Part shown: positions 1 through 9,009 of the stretch, in pieces | Layout of the letters: each line of letters opens with the position of its first letter | Position numbering within the stretch: the stretch's first letter is position 1 | From: Candidatus Woesebacteria bacterium GW2011_GWA1_44_23 | Lineage (GTDB): Bacteria; Patescibacteriota; Microgenomatia; UBA8517 | Length of the DNA: 63,486 bases | Assembly: GCA_001001045.1 (NCBI GenBank) | Contig: LCIL01000004.1 | Span: 1-63,486 of the forward strand | Direction of reading: 5' to 3' | Notes under the pieces: generated by a model | Seen by the model: only the letters and a program-made list of their open reading frames with translations | Databases searched by the model: none | What the model was told of the DNA's origin: nothing | Translations under genes and position numbers: made by a program

Positions 1-645
1 AATGGTTTTGTAGCGGCATGCAAATGTTACGTCCCCGCCGCAAGCATCATTTTCCCTCCCCGCAATCGGGTATTTAGTGTCTGTAAAACTTCTATCAACA
101 TTGACGTCAACCCCTCCGATGGTATCGATAATACCCTGAAAACCGGAAAAGTCGATTGCCAAGGCATAATCAACGGGCTGTCCCGTAACTTCGGATACTA
201 TTTGTTTTGCGAAGTTTAGGCCTCCGCCACGTTCTGGTTGAATATTGCCCCAGTAGTAGGCACTATTAATTTTTGCTCTGATTTCGGGTATCCAGATGTC
301 GCGCGGAATAGATACCAATGTTATTGAATGATTGGTTAAAGAAAGTGAGACAAATATCATCGTATCTGTCAGGTCCGCTCCCTCGTGCCCTTTTCCGCTC
401 TTTCCCAAAATCAGTACATTTACCCTTCCGTCTGTAGATTTAATCGTCGAATCTTGTGAAGATAGAAAGCTTTTGGCTGCCTCGCGATATCCTGATACCC
501 CCGCCCGCTTAAAGATCGCGTCTGCAATAACAAGAGGGGAAACAAGGAGTAGCACCACAACCAAGATTATTCCTAATTTGACTAAAAACTTATGCCGTTG
601 GGGCAATGCTTCCGGGGTGCTAGAATTGATCTGTCCTTTTTCCAT
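1..645 (-). CDS. LCP (LytR-CpsA-Psr) family glycopolymer ligase, truncated at window edge
   Basis: Not in ORF track; translated by hand from ATG 645: MEKGQINSS..., TM helix, then NVLILGKSG...DLTDTMIFVSL...LVSIPRDIWIP...KINSAY...IDFSGFQGIIDTIGGVDV (LCP motifs). Confidence 0.9.
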   Translation of the reverse strand, partial: MEKGQINSSTPEALPQRHKFLVKLGIILVVVLLLVSPLVIADAIFKRAGVSGYREAAKSFLSSQDSTIKSTDGRVNVLILGKSGKGHEGADLTDTMIFVSLSLTNHSITLVSIPRDIWIPEIRAKINSAYYWGNIQPERGGGLNFAKQIVSEVTGQPVDYALAIDFSGFQGIIDTIGGVDVNVDRSFTDTKYPIAGRENDACGGDVTFACRYKTI

Positions 646-646
646 T

Positions 647-2301
647 ATGTCTATTCTATCCGATCTTAACCTGAAAATGCCCTTCTTCTGACTTTTACAA
701 ATAAAGCAGCCAACGAAATGAAGGAGAGAATTGCCAAAATTCTGAATTCTAAATTTCAAATTCTGCCCACGGCAGGCACTTTCCACTCTTTCTGCGCCAA
801 GGTTCTCCGAATTGACGGCAGACATATCGGAATCCCGGTCAACTTTATAATTTATGACGAGCAAGACCAAAAGGATGCGGTTAAACAAATACTTGAGTCT
901 TTCGACATTTCGACCGACCAGTATAACCCGGCCTCATGGCAGGAGGTTGTTGCCAAGGTTTATCCGGGATACGAGAAGATGCTTAAGGAAATCGGAGCCT
1001 TAGATTTCGATGATCTATTAATTAAAACCGTTAAACTATTCAAAGAAGTCCCGGATATATTGGAAAAATGGCAAAGGACTATTACCCACATTTTTGTCGA
1101 TGAATGGCAGGACACCAACAAAATCCAATACACCTTAACCAAGCTACTCGTCGGTAAAAGAAAAAACATCACGGCGGTGGGGGATGCCAGTCAGTCTATT
1201 TATTCATGGAGGGGTGCTGATTACAAGAATATAAATTATTTAATCCACGATTACCCAGGTATAAAAATAATTAATCTGGAGCAGAACTACCGTTCCACTC
1301 AAAACATCCTGGACGCCGCCAACCTTGTAATTTCCAAAAACACAAGTCATCCAATTCTAAAACTCTGGACGGAGAAGAAGGCGGGGGCAAAAATTAAACT
1401 CTATGCGGCAAGAAACGGCTTTGACGAGGCGGATTTTGTTGTTGATGAGATCAACCGATCAAAAGCATTTTCTGACTTCGCGGTTTTATACCGAACCAAC
1501 GCTCAATCCCGTGTTTTGGAAGAAGCGTTCCTGCACACCGGAATTCCCTATATGCTGGTCGGCGGGGTAAGATTTTATGATCGTAAAGAAATAAAGGATG
1601 TTATTTCCTACATCAAATATTTGGTTAATCCCAAAGATTCAGTTTCCAAAAAAAGAATTGAGAAAATCGGCATCAGAAGGTTTGAAAAATTGAAGGAGAT
1701 GCCCTCACTAGACGGGATGACAACTCTCGATATTCTCGATGCGGTAATACAAAAAACCGACTATCTGGCACTTTTTCAGAAAGAGTCTGAGGAAAATTTG
1801 GCACGTCTTGAAAACTTAAAAGAGCTTCGTTCCGTCGCAACGGAATTTCCAGACATTAATGATTTTCTGGAAAACGTGGCCCTGGTTGAAGCCGGTCCAA
1901 GAAAGCAAACAAAAAACGCCGTCACTCTAATGACCCTGCACGCCGCTAAGGGGCTCGAATTCCCAACCATCTTTATAGTCGGAATGGAAGAGGGCCTTTT
2001 TCCTCACTCCCGGAGCCTGATGGACGTAAATCAACTGGAGGAAGAGAGGCGTCTTGCCTATGTCGGCATAACCCGCGCCAAGGAAGTTGTCTACTTGACC
2101 TATGCCAGTTCCCGACTTTATTTCGGAGAAAGGACAAGTAATCCCCCCAGCAGATTTATAACAGACATTCCTGAAGATTTACTTGAGAATGTCGGCGGAA
2201 ATAGTTTTTCCGGCAGAGATGTTCTAAAATTAGATTCTGTTGATGGTCTCAAGGAAACTTTTGACGATATTATCGAAAAATACTTACAACATGACGACTA
2301 A
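647..2301 (+). pseudogene. pcrA: PcrA/UvrD SF1 helicase with 5' deletion/frameshift (Walker A missing) and a second internal deletion
   Basis: ATG647 reads MSILSDLN, then stops at 689-691. The frame of ORF 718 reads PENALLLTFTNKAANEM from 670, preceded by TAA. Motifs TFHSF, DEWQD, GDASQSIYSWRGA, NYRST, TLHAAKGLEF and EERRLAYVGITRA are present; GxGKT is absent. May be an assembly error. Confidence 0.7.
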
Positions 2302-3241
2302 CAGGTTGAATGAAATCGCCGCACATCCCCTGCAGACCTCCTTTTGGGCAGAGTTCAGAAGAAAGTGGGGAAACGAGGTTCTCGAAACAAAATACGGAAT
2401 TCTGACACTTCATAAGCTGCCTCTCACCAATTACAGGATCGCAATGTTCGAGAAAGGCCCTTCACCAACAAAAGAAATGCTTAGGTATCTAAGAAAAATT
2501 GGGGAAGAAAACAATTTGATCTTTATTAAATTAGAGCCCAATTGTATTAGAAACGACAAACTTGTCAGATTGGTTCAATCCGAAGGGGCTACTGCCGGAC
2601 GCAGTCTTTTTACCCCCACAACGTTTTGGATTGATCTGACTCCAAGCGAAGAAGATTTAATGAAAAGTTTCTCAGGAAAAACCCGGTACAACATCCGCCT
2701 CGCCGGGAAAAGAGGTGTAATAGTCAAAGAGGATAATTCTGATGAGGCTTTCAAAAAATATCTGGACCTCACCCGCGAAACGGTCAGCCGGCAAGGATTT
2801 TATGCACATACGGAAAAATATCACCGCCTTATGTGGGATGTTCTGAAAAAAGCAGGAATTGCCCATCTTCTTACCGCCACATATCAGGGTGAAATCATAA
2901 CCACCTGGATACTGTTTGCCTGGAAAAAATTCCTTTACTATCCATACGGAGCTTCGACCGAAAAGCATAAGGAGGTCATGGCCAATAACTTAATGATGTG
3001 GGAGGCGATAAGATTCGGCAAGAAAATAGGGCTAACCACATTTGATCTCTGGGGGAGGGAAGAGGGTAAAGGGTTTACAAAATTTAAGGAGGGATATAAC
3101 CCAAAAGTGATTGAATTTCTGGGAACGTGGGATTTGGTAATCAGTAAACCCCTTTACTTTTTATACAAAGTTGCAGAATGGATTCGTTGGCCTGTCCTCA
3201 AAGTTTTTGCCCAATTAGGTTTGTCAAAGAACCGTTTTTAA
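2291..3241 (+). CDS. FemABX/MurM family peptidoglycan bridge aminoacyltransferase
   Basis: HPLQTSFWAEFRRKWG, FIKLEP, KTRYNIRLA, YYPYGAS, NLMMWEAI, FKEGY. Start re-assigned to ATG 2291. Confidence 0.88.
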   Translation: MTTNRLNEIAAHPLQTSFWAEFRRKWGNEVLETKYGILTLHKLPLTNYRIAMFEKGPSPTKEMLRYLRKIGEENNLIFIKLEPNCIRNDKLVRLVQSEGATAGRSLFTPTTFWIDLTPSEEDLMKSFSGKTRYNIRLAGKRGVIVKEDNSDEAFKKYLDLTRETVSRQGFYAHTEKYHRLMWDVLKKAGIAHLLTATYQGEIITTWILFAWKKFLYYPYGASTEKHKEVMANNLMMWEAIRFGKKIGLTTFDLWGREEGKGFTKFKEGYNPKVIEFLGTWDLVISKPLYFLYKVAEWIRWPVLKVFAQLGLSKNRF

Positions 3242-3244
3242 ATT

Positions 3245-4093
3245 ATGGTTGATGTCCGCCAGTCGATTCACTATGCGAACTACTTAAAAAGGATTGGTTG
3301 GACGGTTGAGAGAATCGGGGAAATAAACTATTTCCTTCGGAAATTCCCGCTTATCGGCTCGGTTTTGAAGGTACAAAGGCCTGAGGAAATCAACCGTGAT
3401 GTAATAGACAAAATAAGCCGAAAATACCGCGTATTTCAGGTAATTATCGAGCCCAAGACCGAGCTTGATGCGAAATATTTAGTCTCAATTGGCTTCAAGC
3501 TGTCACAAAAACCTTACCTGCCAAGCAGAACTCTCCAAATTGATCTTACACAAAGCCAAAAAGAGATTTTCAGACACTTTAAGAAAGACTCCCGCTCCAT
3601 TTTACTCAAAGCTTTGTCGGGTGGGGGAAGGGGCGCAGATATCCGACAGTGTTTAGCCCCCGATGAAATCGTAAAGTGGCGTGAGGCTTGGAAAAATTCC
3701 GTTAATTTTAAAAGATATGTGCCGCCGGCTGTGCAACTTCTGAATTTACGCAAAAGTTTCCCCGGTAACTACTCCCTTTTCCTTACGTCGCACAATATAT
3801 CTGGCAGAATTATAGGTGGAGTGCTTTTCACACGGTCTTTACACGACTTTGCGTATTACTGGTATGGATTTACAAACAAAGAAGGCCGCGCTTCCCTCTC
3901 TCAATACTCTCTACTCTATCAAGGAATACTATGGGCTAAGAAGCATGGTGTCAAAGTCTTTGATTTTGAAGGAGTTTATGATCCCCGCTTCCCCGATAAA
4001 AGCTGGCTCGGTTTTTCCCACTTCAAACGCTCTTTTGGCGGTTATGAGGTTGAATATCCAGGCTGTTATACTAAGTTTAGATTAGCTTTATGA
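3245..4093 (+). CDS. Second FemABX-like GNAT-fold protein
   Basis: DVRQSIHYANY, TLQIDL, AYYWYG, WAKKHGVKVFDFEGVYDPR, GFSHFKRSFGG. Confidence 0.8.
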   Translation: MVDVRQSIHYANYLKRIGWTVERIGEINYFLRKFPLIGSVLKVQRPEEINRDVIDKISRKYRVFQVIIEPKTELDAKYLVSIGFKLSQKPYLPSRTLQIDLTQSQKEIFRHFKKDSRSILLKALSGGGRGADIRQCLAPDEIVKWREAWKNSVNFKRYVPPAVQLLNLRKSFPGNYSLFLTSHNISGRIIGGVLFTRSLHDFAYYWYGFTNKEGRASLSQYSLLYQGILWAKKHGVKVFDFEGVYDPRFPDKSWLGFSHFKRSFGGYEVEYPGCYTKFRLAL

Positions 4094-4350
4094 AAATTGA
4101 AAAGAAAGTTTGGCCTGAGTATTTTAGGAAAATTAAATCGGGTGAGAAAACATTCGAATTAAGACTTGCGGATTGGAAATGTAAAATTGGTGATGTCCTA
4201 GTTCTTAAAGAATGGGATCCCAAAACTCAAAAATATACCGGTCGAGAAATTAGCAAGAAAGTTACTTACGTAATTAAAACGAAAAATCAAAAATTTTGGT
4301 CTAAGGAAGAAATCGAAAAGTATGGTCTCCAAATAATTGCTTTCAAATGA
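4090..4350 (+). CDS. ASCH/DUF3850 domain protein
   Basis: KKVWPEYFRKIKSGEKTFELR...IGDVLVLKEWDP...YTGR signature. Confidence 0.8.
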   Translation: MKIEKKVWPEYFRKIKSGEKTFELRLADWKCKIGDVLVLKEWDPKTQKYTGREISKKVTYVIKTKNQKFWSKEEIEKYGLQIIAFK

Positions 4351-7257
4351 TTATCGATCTGATCTGCAAAATAGTGCATACTCACAACCCTTTTGGCAAA
4401 AAACGTGATCACTACATTTAAAATCAGACTTTTCGATTCTGTCACGGATTTTAAGTATCTCGGAAACTGCACCCTCCAACTGTTCTGCGGTCCGAACTGT
4501 AGAAATTTTTTCTTGTAAGTCCAGGTAATACAAAGATAATTTTATCTTTTCCGGAGCTTTTCCAAAAGGAACCGTCGGAATTTTTGTTGCGGCAAGTGCA
4601 TAAAAGGAAAGCTGGAGATTCTTATCAACTTCTTTTTGAGTCGGGATTGTTGCTCCCGTTTTGTAATCAACTACTTCTATTTGCCCGTTTCCTAAATCGT
4701 CAACCCGATCGATTCTCCCCCCAATCTTTAAATCCTTGCCGACGTGAACCGTAAAGGGCTGTTCGAGAGCAATCGGCATTTTTTTTGGACTAAATCCATA
4801 TTTTAAAAACCCGATTAAATAATCTTTTCCTTTCTGTATAAATTCCACCTCGTGTTTTTTGGACGTATAACCCTCTCTTACCCAATTATCCTCAAGCAAC
4901 TTTAAAAGCAATTTTTCAACAGGCTTTTGTCCCGAAGAGACTTCTTCATAAAAACTTTTAAGTGTTGCGTGGATTGTTGTTCCAAAACTCGCGGAGGCAT
5001 TCGGCGGTGTGGGAACTTTGTAAATATACCGAAGCTTATAATGCAACGGGCAGGTCTGAAAAGTTTCGATTTGGGAATATGAAAGGTAATCAATATGCAG
5101 GTCCTCCCCCGCCTTTACCGGGGCTTCGGTGGGTTTGGCTTTTATCTGATAATCAAGAAACGACAATTGATCGGCTTTTATCTTTGATTGTTCGGCAGAT
5201 AACGCGCTATCACCTAAAGACTCGAAAATGAACGGTGAAAGTTTTTTCTCACGTTTCGCCTCCCCATAATAATCTGCGGCCGTCAAAATTAACTTTTCTT
5301 TTGCCCGCGTCATTCCCACATAAAAAAGCCGGCGCTCCTCTTCCAGGTGATAATCCCCCACCGGCAAAATCTCTTTGATAAGTTCCTCCGGAATTGCGAT
5401 CTGTTCACGGCGTTCGGAAGTCGGAAATCTTTGCCCGACCAAATTTACAATAAAAACAACCGGAAACTCCAGCCCCTTGGCGGAATGCGCCGTCAAGATG
5501 TTTACGGCATTTATTTCACTCCAATCTTCATTTGTAGCCAGGGGTGATTCCCCAAGTTCCATTGATAGATCAAGCCAATCGGTAACGGCAGGAATTGTTG
5601 CGTCCTCGTGATCTATCTCATACGTCTTCAGTTTGTCAAAAAATTTGGAAATATTTTTAGCCCTATTCTCCGCTTCCACCGATTCAGGAGACAAAAGTTT
5701 TAGAAGTAGTCCCGTCTCTTCCAAGAAGTAATACAACAACTGTCCCGCAGTTTCTTTTTTGGCTATGTCTAGGTGTTTATTGATTATTCCGAGTATTTTT
5801 TTTATTGTTTCTTTGGTCTTAACGGTTACAAAAATGTCATCAATTTTTTCCGCAGATTCGAACAGACTCGTGTTGTACTTCCGCGCGTAGTTACCCAACG
5901 CCGCCAAATCCCTTCCGGAAATATTAAAATAGTCCAATGCAAGAAGTCTGTAGAATGCAACCGAGTCGGTAAAATCGCGGAGCACTTTAAGATATGAAAT
6001 CAAATCCACTATTTCGGGTTGCTTAAAAAGTCTACCGGGGCCCAGGAATTGGTAAGGGATGCCGTGGCGGGAAAGGGCACGCATAATCGGATCCGAGTGA
6101 TTATTGGCCCTAACCAAAATGGCAAAATCGCGCCAAGAATATTTTTCCTCTTCGTTGAGTCTTTTGATTTCTTTGGCAATCCGATCCGATTCATTTTCGA
6201 CTCTATCGGAATGAATAAAACCGATTTCGGCTCCGTCCTTGGCAACTTGTGACTTTAATTTTTTATCAATTTTCTCAACAACTTCCAACCTGTCCGGGTT
6301 ATTAAATTGTATTAGGTCGTAACTTCGATCCAGTATTTCCTGTGTGCTGCGATAATTTTTGGTTAAAACTACAGCTTTTGTCTTTGGGAAATTTTTTCTG
6401 AACTGTACGATATTACTAACCGCCGCGCCCCTAAATCTGTAGATTGATTGATCATCATCCCCCACCACATTTATGTTTCCGTTTTTGCCTGCTAATAGTT
6501 TTGCCAATTCGTTTTGGGCGTAGTTGGTGTCCTGAAATTCGTCAACAAGCAGGTACTTAAACTGTTTTTGATATTCCTTTAGAATGTTGGGGCGGGTCCT
6601 AAAAAGCTTCAGAGTTTTAACAATCAAATCCCCAAAATCCATTAACCCCTCTTTTACTTTGATCTCGTCGTAGGCTTTATAAGCTTTGGAGAGCTCCTCC
6701 CATTTTTCAATTTCGGTTCTTTCTTTGTTTTTCTTTGTTTTTTGTTTTTTGACCCATTCGGCATAATCATTCGGAGAGACATCTTCATCCTGAAGACGCG
6801 AGAAGTGTTGCAGGATTCCGCTCAAAAACTTTGTCGGGTTTCCAAGGGGGCGAAAATAATTCAGATCCAGTTTGAAAAGATTGTTTCTCAAAAGTTGTAC
6901 CGCTTCCGCCTCCGTCATTAATTTATAACGGGGGGTTAGCCCTATGTGGAGCGCTTCACGGCGCAAAATTCGGTCGCAAAAAGAGTGGAAGGTCATTATC
7001 CACATTTGCGTGTACCCGTAAGGCATGGCGACATCGACCCTCTCTTCCATTTCTCTCGCAGCCTTTTCCGTAAAGGTTAATGCCAGAATCTCCGACGGTT
7101 TTATCTTTTTGGAAAGAATCAAATATTTAATCCGTTCGGTTATTACGGTTGTCTTTCCGGTACCGGCACCAGCAATGATCAGAAGTGGCCCGGTGCCAAA
7201 TTTGACAGCGGCTTGCTGTTCCCTATTTAGCTTAAGGGCTAAAATATCCTTTGCCAC
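4351..7257 (-). CDS. UvrD-like helicase fused to C-terminal PD-(D/E)XK nuclease (AddA/AdnB-like), probable Fe-S cluster
   Basis: AGAGTGKT, TFTEKAA, DEFQD, TAHSAKGLEF, EERRLFYVGMTRA; C-terminal YSQIETFQTCP...GRIDRVD...VVDYKTG...CQKGCEYALFC. Confidence 0.9.
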   Translation of the reverse strand: MAKDILALKLNREQQAAVKFGTGPLLIIAGAGTGKTTVITERIKYLILSKKIKPSEILALTFTEKAAREMEERVDVAMPYGYTQMWIMTFHSFCDRILRREALHIGLTPRYKLMTEAEAVQLLRNNLFKLDLNYFRPLGNPTKFLSGILQHFSRLQDEDVSPNDYAEWVKKQKTKKNKERTEIEKWEELSKAYKAYDEIKVKEGLMDFGDLIVKTLKLFRTRPNILKEYQKQFKYLLVDEFQDTNYAQNELAKLLAGKNGNINVVGDDDQSIYRFRGAAVSNIVQFRKNFPKTKAVVLTKNYRSTQEILDRSYDLIQFNNPDRLEVVEKIDKKLKSQVAKDGAEIGFIHSDRVENESDRIAKEIKRLNEEEKYSWRDFAILVRANNHSDPIMRALSRHGIPYQFLGPGRLFKQPEIVDLISYLKVLRDFTDSVAFYRLLALDYFNISGRDLAALGNYARKYNTSLFESAEKIDDIFVTVKTKETIKKILGIINKHLDIAKKETAGQLLYYFLEETGLLLKLLSPESVEAENRAKNISKFFDKLKTYEIDHEDATIPAVTDWLDLSMELGESPLATNEDWSEINAVNILTAHSAKGLEFPVVFIVNLVGQRFPTSERREQIAIPEELIKEILPVGDYHLEEERRLFYVGMTRAKEKLILTAADYYGEAKREKKLSPFIFESLGDSALSAEQSKIKADQLSFLDYQIKAKPTEAPVKAGEDLHIDYLSYSQIETFQTCPLHYKLRYIYKVPTPPNASASFGTTIHATLKSFYEEVSSGQKPVEKLLLKLLEDNWVREGYTSKKHEVEFIQKGKDYLIGFLKYGFSPKKMPIALEQPFTVHVGKDLKIGGRIDRVDDLGNGQIEVVDYKTGATIPTQKEVDKNLQLSFYALAATKIPTVPFGKAPEKIKLSLYYLDLQEKISTVRTAEQLEGAVSEILKIRDRIEKSDFKCSDHVFCQKGCEYALFCRSDR

Positions 7258-7278
7258 GATCAGATTGTAACATGAAAA

Positions 7279-8268
7279 TTATTCTTCCAACTTATTGTTC
7301 TTTGCGCCACTTAAATTTTGTGTAGATCTGATTTTCTGCCCCAATTGGGTAAACGAGGAAAAAACATTGCTCATGATGTTATAAGCATTATTTAGATGTT
7401 TTTGAAGAATGCTCAAATTTTCTTCAACCTTGCCGTAATCCTTCTGGATCGCACGCAGTATCCTGAAAACCTCCTTTGACTTCAGTTCCAAATCCTTCCC
7501 TTCAAAAGAAAGAAGAAGCACCTGCAAATGCGCGTACAATGTATTCGGAGAAACCGGGTAGACTCTCATTCTTCTTGCAAGTGTTGAGAGTTCAGGGATA
7601 TTTACAACCTCATAATAAACCGCCTCGGATGGAATATACATTAAGGCAAAATCCATTGTTCCCTCCTCCGGCAGAATATATTTTTTACTGATATCCTCAA
7701 TGTGTTTTTTTACGTCCTGTATCAATTGTTTCTTACCAAAGTTTCTTTCTGCCTCCGTTTCCCCTTTTATCATTACGTTAAAATTCTCCATTGGAAATTT
7801 CGAATCGATACAAAGAAGTCCAGCGTCGGTTTTTAAAACTGCGTCCACTTTCATGCCGCTTTTGAAGGGATGTTGCAAATGAAAAGCATTCTTGGGAAAA
7901 GTCTGTCCTATCATCTCCTTCAAAACCTCCTCCCCCAATCCTCCCCTAAGTTTTGGGGATTGTAGGAAATCCTGGAGAGTCCTGATTCCTTTTCCGATCT
8001 CACTCATCTCCCCCAAATTTCTCTGAACTTGAGAAATAACCCTGGCTGCATTATCCAGGCGTTCGTTTACTGCCTCGGTGTTTTTCTGCAACGAAGAAAG
8101 GAGGTCCCGCCTATCCTCTCTGGACCCGCTTTGAAGAGTTTTAATTATTTCCAACAGTTCCTCAGAAGGCTTTTGCGACTCTTTTAGATCGGATAACTTC
8201 TTATTGATAAAAACGGCTATAACAACGAGAGCCGCTAATACTATAATTAGAATAATAATCGGGTCCAT
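7279..8268 (-). CDS. rmuC: DNA recombination protein RmuC
   Basis: N-terminal TM and coiled coil; RGGLGE, VDAVL, IDSKFP, ISKKYI, DFALMYIPSEAVY, PVSPNTL. Confidence 0.9.
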   Translation of the reverse strand: MDPIIILIIVLAALVVIAVFINKKLSDLKESQKPSEELLEIIKTLQSGSREDRRDLLSSLQKNTEAVNERLDNAARVISQVQRNLGEMSEIGKGIRTLQDFLQSPKLRGGLGEEVLKEMIGQTFPKNAFHLQHPFKSGMKVDAVLKTDAGLLCIDSKFPMENFNVMIKGETEAERNFGKKQLIQDVKKHIEDISKKYILPEEGTMDFALMYIPSEAVYYEVVNIPELSTLARRMRVYPVSPNTLYAHLQVLLLSFEGKDLELKSKEVFRILRAIQKDYGKVEENLSILQKHLNNAYNIMSNVFSSFTQLGQKIRSTQNLSGAKNNKLEE

Positions 8269-8311
8269 AATGTGAGATTATTCTATCACGCATGGCATAA
8301 TTGCAAACAAG

Positions 8312-8647
8312 ATGAAAAAGAATTTACGAAGACAACAAGTTCTTAAAAGAAGGAACTTCCTACCGACTTTGTCGATTACAGTCATTCTTTGGTTGGCTCT
8401 CGGAGGGTTAATCTATTTTGTCGACCCGGATTCTTTTGCTGTAATTCCGCTTTTTTTCATCCTGGCCTTTTTCTGTCTACTTTTTGCTTTTTCACTAATT
8501 TTTGCCAACAGCCGGCGAGGGGTTGTGGCAACAATAGCCCTGAGCTTTTTTCTTCTCCTTATGTATTTTGGTGTGGGCAATATCCTTAACCTAATTCTGA
8601 TTGTTGCAATAGCACTATCTATCGAGTTATATTTCAGCTTAAGATGA
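8312..8647 (+). CDS. Small multi-TM hypothetical protein
   Basis: Four hydrophobic segments; stop overlaps next start. Confidence 0.6.
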   Translation: MKKNLRRQQVLKRRNFLPTLSITVILWLALGGLIYFVDPDSFAVIPLFFILAFFCLLFAFSLIFANSRRGVVATIALSFFLLLMYFGVGNILNLILIVAIALSIELYFSLR

Positions 8648-8973
8648 ATCCTTCGCTTGAACGTCAGCTGCTTCGAACATTCGCTCAAATGATTGATGAT
8701 TTGGAAAGTCCCAAGGAAATTGAAATTTTCTTTAAAGATTTTTTTGACCAAGATGAACTTGCAAAATATGTAAAGAGGCTTGCAGTTGCTTACTGGCTAA
8801 AAAAGGGCAGGGACAAAGAGAACATCCAAAAAAATCTGCAGGCTACACCTAAAGAAATCTCCAAAGCCCAAAAGTCCCTTAAAAAAGAAGGGGTCAGTTT
8901 GGCTCTAAAAAAGATCGAGGCCGAGGAATGGGCCAGTGTCTGGGCCAAAAGAATCAAAAAATTCTCCAAATAG
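8644..8973 (+). CDS. TrpR/YerC-YecD-like HTH protein
   Basis: EIEIFFKDFFDQDELAKYVKRLAVAYWLKKG...IQKNLQAT resembles the YerC/YecD family. Confidence 0.6.
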   Translation: MNPSLERQLLRTFAQMIDDLESPKEIEIFFKDFFDQDELAKYVKRLAVAYWLKKGRDKENIQKNLQATPKEISKAQKSLKKEGVSLALKKIEAEEWASVWAKRIKKFSK

Positions 8974-9009
8974 TAGCTTCAAATACCTTTCAGGCTGTAC
9001 AATACAACC

